From Eledone cirrhosa (taxonomy: Eukaryota): a stretch of DNA of 64,000 bases. The notes below the pieces were generated by a model that was given only the letters and a program-made list of their open reading frames with translations, was not told the origin of the DNA and made no database searches. Location: assembly GCA_964016885.1 (NCBI GenBank), contig OZ024763.1, positions 4,402,001 through 4,466,000 on the forward strand, given 5' to 3'. Positions 53,486 to 64,000 of this stretch are shown piece by piece; position 1 is the stretch's first letter; the number at the start of each line of letters is the position of its first letter. Both the position numbers and the translations under genes were made by a program.

Positions 53486-54291
53486 TGCTATTATTACAAA
53501 TAAATAAATAAATAAATAAAAAAAATAATAAAAATAAATAAATAAATAAATAAATAAAAAAAAGAAAAAAAAAGAAAAAGAAATCATTATTACTATTATT
53601 TTTTTTAAATATTTTTTTCTGAACAGTCAAAGCATTTGTTTTTGTTTTGAAAGAGGGTGGTGGTGGTGGGGTGATATTTCACTGTCGCCATTTTATGTTG
53701 GATGTCAGTCAACAAAAATTGCTTTAAAATTGTTTCCCTCAATGGATGATGGAAATAAAGAGCATCACAGAAACTGTTCACTGTTTCATAATGAATGCAA
53801 TTAGTTCAACTAATAAGAAATCTTGTTATCCAGAAACAAGAGTTGTGAAGCACATATTGATTGTGGTGGTGGTGGTGGGGATCGTGGTGGTAGTGGTGGT
53901 GGTAGTAGTGGTGGTGGTGGTGGTGGTGGGGATCGTGGTGGTGGTGGTAGTGGTAATAGTGGTGGTGGTGGTGGTAATGGGGATCGTGGTGGTAGTGGTA
54001 GTAGTGGTGGTGGTGGTGGGGATCGTGGTGGTGGTAGAGTAGGTGGTGGTGGTGGTGGTAATGGGGATCGTGGTGGTGGTGGGGATCGTAGTGGTAGTAG
54101 TGGTGGTGGTGGTGGGGATCGTGGTGGTAGCGGTAGTGGTGGTGGTGGTGATCGTGGTGGTAGCGGTAGTAGTGGTGGTGGTAGTAGAGTAGGTAGTGGT
54201 GGAGGTGGTGGTGGTGGTAGTGGTGGTGTAGTAGAGTAGGTGGTAGTGACGGTGCTGGTGCTAGTAGTAGTGGTGATAGTAGTAGTATACT

Positions 54292-54733
54292 TATCATCTG
54301 TTATATCTGTTATCACCAACATATCTGTTATCACCAACATATCTGTTATCACCAATATATCTGTTATCACCAATATATCTGTTATCACCAACATATCTGT
54401 TATCATCTGTTATATCTGTTATCACCAACATATCTGTTATCACCAACAGATCTGTTATCATCTGTTATCACCAATATATCTGTTATCACCAACATATCTG
54501 TTATCACCAATATATCTGTTATCACCAACATATCTGTTATCACCAACATATCTGTTATCACCAATATATCTGTTATCACCAACATATCTGTTATCACCAA
54601 TATATCTGTTATCACCAACATATCTGTTATCACCAACATATCTGTTATCACCAATATATCTGTTATCACCAACATATCTGTTATCACCAATATATCTGTT
54701 ATCACCAACATATCTGTTATCACCAACATATCT
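54292..54733. repeat. 18-bp minisatellite ATCTGTTATCACCAAYAT
   Basis: Tandem array. Confidence 0.95.
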
Positions 54734-54744
54734 ATTATTATCAA

Positions 54745-55270
54745 TCGGTAGAAAGTCGGATGCCAGTTACGTCCCTTTACGGTCTGAGTTCAAATCCCGC
54801 CGAGATTAACTTTGCCTTTCACCCTTACGGGGGTCGATAAAATAAAGTACCAGTAATGTACTGCGTAATTGCTGGCCTTGTGCCCAAAGTAGAAACAATT
54901 ATTATCAGTATTGGTAGAGGGTCGGACGCCATGCTTTGACGCATAGAGTTACGGCCCTTGCTATTCTGAGTTCAAATCCCGCCGAGGTCAACTTTGCTTG
55001 TAATGCAATTGCTGGCCTTGTGCCAAAAGTAGAAACAATTATCACCAAGGACGGTGGATTGGCAGCATCATTAGACAGTCGGCCACCATGTTTTACAGCA
55101 TAGAGTTGCCTCCCTTTACTTTCTGAGTTCAAATTCGGCCGAGGTTAGCTCTGCCTTTCATCCTTATTGGGTCGATAAAAATTAAAGTACCAGTAATGCA
55201 CTAGGGTCAATTTAATCGCATTTCCTCTCTCCGCAATATTATTGGCCTTGTGCCTAAATCAGAAACCACT
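54745..55270 (+). mobile_element. Head-to-tail cluster of three SINE family A copies
   Basis: B boxes at about 54787, 54968 and 55126; the middle copy lacks the core. Confidence 0.85.
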
Positions 55271-55287
55271 ATTATCAGTATATTTGT

Positions 55288-55850
55288 CATATGCCATCAA
55301 TATATCATATGCCATCAATATATCATCGCCATCAATATATCATCGCCATCAATATATCGTCGCCATCAATATGTCATCGCCATCAATATATCATCGCCAT
55401 CAATATGTCATCGCCATCAATATATCATCGCCATCAATATATCATATGCCATCAATATATCATCGCCATCAATATATCATCGCCATCAATATGTCATCGC
55501 CATCAATATATCATCGCCATTAATATATCATCGCCATCAATATATCATCGCCATCAATATATCATCGCCATTAATATATCATCGCCATCAATATATCGTC
55601 GCCATCAATATGTCATCGCCATCAATATATCATCGCCATCAATATGTCATCGCCATCAATATATCATCGCCATCAATATATCATCGCCATTAATATGTCA
55701 TCGCCATCAATATATCACCGCCATCAATATGTCACCGCCATCAATATGTCATCGCCATCAATATATCACCGCCATCAATATATCGTCGCCATCAATATGT
55801 CATCGCCATCAATATATCATCGCCATCAATATATCGTCGCCATCAATATA
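55288..55850. repeat. 17-bp minisatellite CATCGCCATCAATATRT
   Basis: Tandem array. Confidence 0.95.
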
Positions 55851-56872
55851 CTTCTCATTGTCATCGTTATCATCATCATTATCATCAACATAATTATCAT
55901 GATGACCATCACCACCGACATCATCTTTGGCTAAGTGACAATGTTTCTTGTTTTTCGTTTTTATTTTTCATGTGTGAAGATTACTTGCGTGATAATGAAT
56001 GTAACGGTTTGACCTGTGTCATATGAATTAGTCTGAATATTAATTTATTAATAATTACGTGTTAATTAACAAATAATGTTTACATTTAATCAGTAAATTG
56101 GTGTTTGATGTTAGTTAAAACAATACACAACACACATAATACATTTCTTGCTGTCACCCATGTCATGTGAAATCAATTTAAAACACACTTGGTGACCTTA
56201 CATTTGAATCGTTATCTTTTACTGGTTTCAGTTATTAGGCTGAGGCCATGTTGGAGCACCACATAGATTTAGACCATTATATCATTGGGTTTTCTTTTTT
56301 CTCGAATCGGTAAGCTGCAGACTATTTGTAAATACAAACACCGATGGTCGCGTGCACACACACACACATACATGAAAAATATGACTCTTCCAAAAGAAGA
56401 CCAGCAACAGCTAGGGTCTGACCCTGGGATTTGTTGATAGACATTGTAAAGCTGACATGATTCGGCGAATGGTTCATTGGTTGTCTGTTTCAAGTGCTCT
56501 TCTGGTCGCAGTACGTTCAGCATCTTGCCACCGTCGAATAGCAGATTCCACTGACGATTCGTTTGCCCGCCTTGTTCTTTTTCTTGCCGCTTTCGCAGTA
56601 TTTCGGCCAATGGAGTATCTCTTCCTTCGAAGCATGACCTAAAAGCAGGACGAAGTACACTAAGACTAACTGGTAGAGTAAGGAGTAAACTCGTCAGTGA
56701 TGCATGTGATTTCCGAACCGTTGACTATGTAATTGCTGGCCTTGTGCCAAAAGTAGTGGGACTTTTTGGGTGGCATATTGACAGTAACAATGACGATAAG
56801 CCGTCTGTGCTTTCGTGAAATAAATACGTTTGTTTATATTTTGTTTTTGTGTAAGCAAAAATATCTTTACAC

Positions 56873-56916
<44 letters not shown>

Positions 56917-56922
<6 letters not shown>

Positions 56923-57505
56923 GTTAAAAATGTACATCCACATATGTATACTGAAATACTAGTATGCATATGAATACACACACGTATACATATGTAGATG
57001 TACCGAGTTTTTCACTGGTCACTTTACTGTGAGTGTCCAGCTATTCTGTATGTAAACACACAGACAAACCGGTTTTTAGAGTCATACTGGTTTTTGAGGA
57101 AACACCTTTCCTCTATTCTCCAGAAAGCCAGACAAGGAATATTGAACTAGTTTCGATGTTGTTACATCTCATCAGCAATATTTACCTATCTTCCGGCCTC
57201 TCTAGAGAATCGTAAAAGCACATATCGTTATATGCTTTTTCTATGAAAATTAGTAGTGGGCAGACTAACTTGCATAGAGCATGAGTACGTACCGGTTCAA
57301 CGGAGACGATAAAAACAAATAACGAAACGAAATTAAATTTCGTTTCGTTTGTAACTCACTTTTGTATGACTGACGCTTAAACAATTAAGTTAAAAATGTA
57401 CATCCACATATGTATACTGAAATACTAGTATGCATATGAATACACACACGTATACATATGTAGATGTACCGAGTTTTTCACTGGTCACTTTACTGTGAGT
57501 GTCCA
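56917..57505 (-). mobile_element. Hammerhead-containing unit with 123-bp terminal direct repeats (pLTR/retrozyme-like)
   Basis: 56917-57039 identical to 57383-57505 (period 466 bp); abuts (TA)n; central hammerhead. Confidence 0.85.
57138..57182 (-). ncRNA. Canonical minimal type-I hammerhead ribozyme motif
   Basis: Minus strand AATATTG-CTGATGA-GATGT aaca ACATC-GAAA-CTAG-TT-CAATATT; all three stems pair perfectly. Confidence 0.9.
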
Positions 57506-58768
57506 TCAACAGATATCACACCTTCCCCCCACCATCAACAGATATCACACCTTCCCCCAACCATCAACAGATATCACACCTTCCCCCCACCATCAACAGA
57601 TATCACACCTTCCCCCAACCATCAACAGATATCACACCTTCCCCCACCATCAACGGATATCACACCTTCCCCCCACCATCAACGGATATCACACCTTCCC
57701 CCCCACCATCAACAGATATCACACCTTCCCCCACCATCAACAGATATCACACCTTCCTCCCACCATCAACGGATATCACACCTTCCCCCCCACCATCAAC
57801 AGATATCACACCTTCCCCTCACCTTCAACAGATATCACCCCCCCCCACCATAAACGGATATCACACCTTCCCCCACCATCAACAGATATCACACCTTCCC
57901 CCCAACCATCAACAGATATCACACCTTCCCCCACCATCAACAGATATCACACCTTCCTCCCACCATCAACGGATATCACACCTTCCCCCACCATCAACGG
58001 ATATCACACCTTCCCCCCACCATCAACGGATATCACACCTTCCCCCCCACCATCAACGGATATCACACTTTCCCCCCCACCATCAACGGATATCACACCT
58101 TCCCCCCACCATCAACAGATATCACACCTTCCCTCACCATCAACAGATATCACACCTTCCCCCACCATCAACAGATATCACACCTTCCCCCACCATCAAC
58201 AGATATCACACCTTCCCCCCACCATCAACGGATATCACACCTTCCCCCCAACCATCAACAGATATCACACCTTCCCCCAACCATCAACGGATATCACACC
58301 TTCCCCCCACCATCAACGGATATCACACCTTCCCCCTCCACCATCAACAGATATCACACCTTCCCCCCACCATCAACAGATATCACACCTTCCCCCCACC
58401 ATCAACAGATATCACACCTTCCCCCCAACCATCAACAGATATCACACCTTCCCCCAACCATCAACAGATATCACACCTTCCCCCCAACCATCAACAGATA
58501 TCACACCTTCCCCCCAACCATCAACAGATATCACACCTTCCCCCCAACCATCAACAGATATCACACCTTCCCCCAACCATCAACAGATATCACACCTTCC
58601 CCCACCATCAACGGATATCACACCTTCCCCCCACCATCAACAGATATCACACCTTCCCCTCACCTTCAACAGATATCACACCTTCCCCCCACCATCAACA
58701 GATATCACACCTTCCCTCACCTTCAACAGATATCACCCCCCCCCCCCCCACCATCAACGGATATCACC
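57503..58768. repeat. 28-31-bp minisatellite CCATCAACRGATATCACACCTT(C)nA
   Basis: Tandem array with a variable C run. Confidence 0.95.
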
Positions 58769-58869
58769 CATGATTATCAAGTTATCTCAGTTTCAGACAA
58801 TATTTCATCTACTCCAGATTATCTTTGCTGCTTTGGTTGTCAGTTTTATGAAACAATTTACCCCTACTT

Positions 58870-59850
58870 CCTCTCACTGCTACTCCCCCTCTCTCTCTAC
58901 GTCTCTCTCTCTACGTCTCTCTCCTCATCTCTCCCTTTCTTTCACTGCTACTCTTCTCCTCTCTCTCTTCCTCTCTCTCTCTCTCCGTCTGTCTGTCTGT
59001 CTCTCTATCCCGCCCTCTCTTTCTTCACTGCTACTCTCCCCCTCTATCCCGCTCTCTCTTTCTTCACTGCTACTCTACCCCTCTCTCTCTATCCCGCCCT
59101 CTCTTTCTTCACTGCTACTCTCCCCCTCTCTCTTTCTTCACTGCTACTCTCCCCCCTCTCTCTATCCCGCTCTCTCTTTCTTCACTGCTTCCTCCCCCTC
59201 TCTCTATCCCGCTCTCTCTTTCTTCACTGCTACTCCCCCCTCTCTCTATCCCGCTCTCTCTTTCTTCACTGTTACTCTCCCCCCTCTCTCTATCCCGCCC
59301 TCTCTTTCTTCACTGCTACTCTCCCCTTCTCTCTATCCCGCTCTCTCTTTCCTCACTGCTACTCTCCCCCTCTCTCTATCCCGCTCTCTCTTTCTTCACT
59401 GCTACCCCCCTCTCTCTTTCTTCACTGCTACCCTCTCTCTATCCCGCTCTCTCTTTCTTCACTGTTACTCTCCCCCTCTCTCTATCCTGCTCTCTCTTTC
59501 TTCACTGCTACTCTCCCCCTCTCTCTATCCCGCTCTCTCTTTCTTCACTGCTACTCTCCCCCTCTCTCTATCCCGCTCTCCCTTTCTTCACTGCTACTCT
59601 TCCCCTCTATCTCGCTCTCTCTTTCTTCACTGCTACTCTCCCCCTCTCTCTATCCCGCTCTCTCTTTCTTCCCTGCTACTCTCCCCCTCTCTCTTTCTAT
59701 CCCGCTCTCTCTTTCTTCCCTGCTACTCTCCCCCTCTCTCTTTCTTCACTGCTACTCTCCCCCTCTCTCTATCCCGCTCTCTCTTTCTTCACTGCTACTC
59801 TCCCCTCTCTCTGTCTGTTTCTCTCTCCATCCCTCTCTCTTTCACTGCCT
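58870..59850. repeat. Polypyrimidine minisatellite (TTCTTCACTGCTACTCTCCCCCTCTCTCTATCCCGCTCTCTCT)
   Basis: Degenerate tandem units of about 43 bp. Confidence 0.9.
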
Positions 59851-60094
59851 GCTATTTCCCCCCCCCCCCCCCTCCTCTCTCTACTTCTGCCACCCTAAGT
59901 TGATATCAATTTGTGTGTTTGTAGATGAAATCTTGAGATGGTCTGAATGTGTAGTACTCCATTGTGACAGGTTAAGTGTTCGCTACAATTAACGTTATTA
60001 AAGGTCGTTCTGCGAGAATGTCTTCAGCTAAACATATATGACAACTTATCCTATAAACCAATTCACTATTACAATTCACTTTAGAATATCATTC

Positions 60095-60125
<31 letters not shown>

Positions 60126-60169
60126 AATGAAAGGTATAGAAAGTATTGTAGCAAGAAACCAACAGTATT

Positions 60170-60213
<44 letters not shown>

Positions 60214-60645
60214 TTTTCCGTAGTGTTGTAATATGAATATTATACACTGTAGATGGACAGCTCACGTAGGGTTTGCTCGACGGTTCCAGTTGTAGTTTCA
60301 AAAGTAATCCGGAGAAAAATAGAAGGATTTAAATGGATACAGTTCAGTAAAAGGAATTTATTGACACGTGTTTCAATAACAGTTATATAACCTGAAAACG
60401 GTTGCTATCTACAAAGTATTAATTATGCAGACACTCAATATTTCAATGTTATTTTCAACTATCATTTCATCTGATAGTTTTTTGGCTAAGATCGTTAATG
60501 CCCTCTTGACCACTTTTTCAGTTTGTATGGCGTTTTAACATATTGTTTAGCTCTGGTTTTTAAACTATGGAGCGCTTGCCAGCATAACTCTGATTTTTGC
60601 GTTTCGTTTCGCTTTTTCTACCCGCCGAAATACGATTCTCGCTGA

Positions 60646-60687
<42 letters not shown>

Positions 60688-60689
<2 letters not shown>

Positions 60690-61087
60690 GTTTGTATATG
60701 TATAATAAAGCCAAAACAATGCAGGTATGGACATAGATTAAAGAATGCAAATGCAAAAGATATTGTTGACAATTAGTCTTTTACCTTAGATTTATTTAAA
60801 TGTCCTTAATTTTCGAGATAATATCTCTTCTTCGGAGGGAAGTAAAGCGTGACTTGGCAAGCTATTTAGAACACTGGTTTAACCGCTTTACTTCCCTCCG
60901 AAGAAGAGATATCTCGAAAATTAAGGACATTTAAATAAATCTAAGGTAAAAGACTAATTGTCAACAATATCTTTTGCATTTGCATTCTTTATTCTATGTC
61001 CATACTTGCATTGTTTTGGTTTTATTATACATATACAAACGTTTATACCTCATTACACAATGCTTCAAGTGAACTATAACCTCCTCC
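60688..61087 (+). mobile_element. Fold-back Penelope-like mini-element in (TA)n
   Basis: About 160-bp arms 60688-60849 and 60884-61042, 34-nt spacer, 45-bp tail. Confidence 0.82.
60895..60926 (+). ncRNA. Ultra-minimal hammerhead variant (CCGAAGA); mirror copy in the left arm
   Basis: CCT-CCGAAGA-aGAGAT(tat)ATCTC-GAAA-AT-TA-AGG. Confidence 0.6.
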
Positions 61088-61443
61088 TATATATATATAT
61101 ATAGAGAGAGAGAGAATGGAGAACGAAAAATCAGTGATGCATCGGAACTCAATTTATTGTGTGTTACAATTGTTTCCTCGGCAGACAGCTTGAGGTGCGA
61201 TCTGTGTGTGGATCGACCTGACTCTGGACTCGCAGGTTCCTCGGACATGTCTATTGATTTCGGAGCATACCCTCTTTCTGGGGTTTCTCATCCTACGGGT
61301 CTATATCGTCCACCTTCATCCGCTTTGCGCGTCCTTGGGTTGGTCACTGGTTAGTGATATCATCATAATTCTGACCACTGGTAGCAGGGCGTGAGCTGTC
61401 ACTCACCCACTGACCCGTCGGCAAAATTACTGCTGTTTGCCAG

Positions 61444-63900
<2,457 letters not shown>

Positions 63901-64000
63901 ATGGTTGGAACTGAGTTGCGATGAGCAGTAGTTGGGGTTAAATAGAAGAACTGAAACTGCCAGAGAAGATGTGAGGGAACCAGATTTCACGTTGGACACA

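Noticed and set aside
57495-59903. 802-aa mucin-like ORF
   Set aside because: Made wholly of two minisatellites that are open in several frames

Overview
AT-rich, microsatellite-saturated eukaryotic DNA; the SINE families and repeat landscape suggest an octopus/coleoid cephalopod (inference). I found one host gene: an intronless rhodopsin-type neuropeptide GPCR of the myosuppressin-receptor/DMSR-1 family (49667-50725, minus). There is one apparently intact RTE/BovB-type LINE (APE + RT + three C-terminal C2H2 fingers), with a deleted relative and bipartite non-autonomous derivatives. Relics of R4/Dong, CRE, Tx1, Penelope-like (GIY-YIG) and mariner elements, piggyBac/hAT MITEs, about 25 SINE copies and many minisatellites fill the rest. 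Almost all other ORFs in the track are microsatellite artefacts. The most notable signal is non-coding: at least ten short, mostly unrelated elements sit inside (TA)n tracts and carry minimal type-I hammerhead ribozyme cores (CUGANGA / GAAA / palindromic stem III / UH). They come either as near-perfect fold-back palindromes with a one-sided tail or as units with terminal direct repeats, pointing to a diverse (TA)n-targeting Penelope-like/retrozyme system. All pairings and coordinates were read by eye; no database search or folding program was run.
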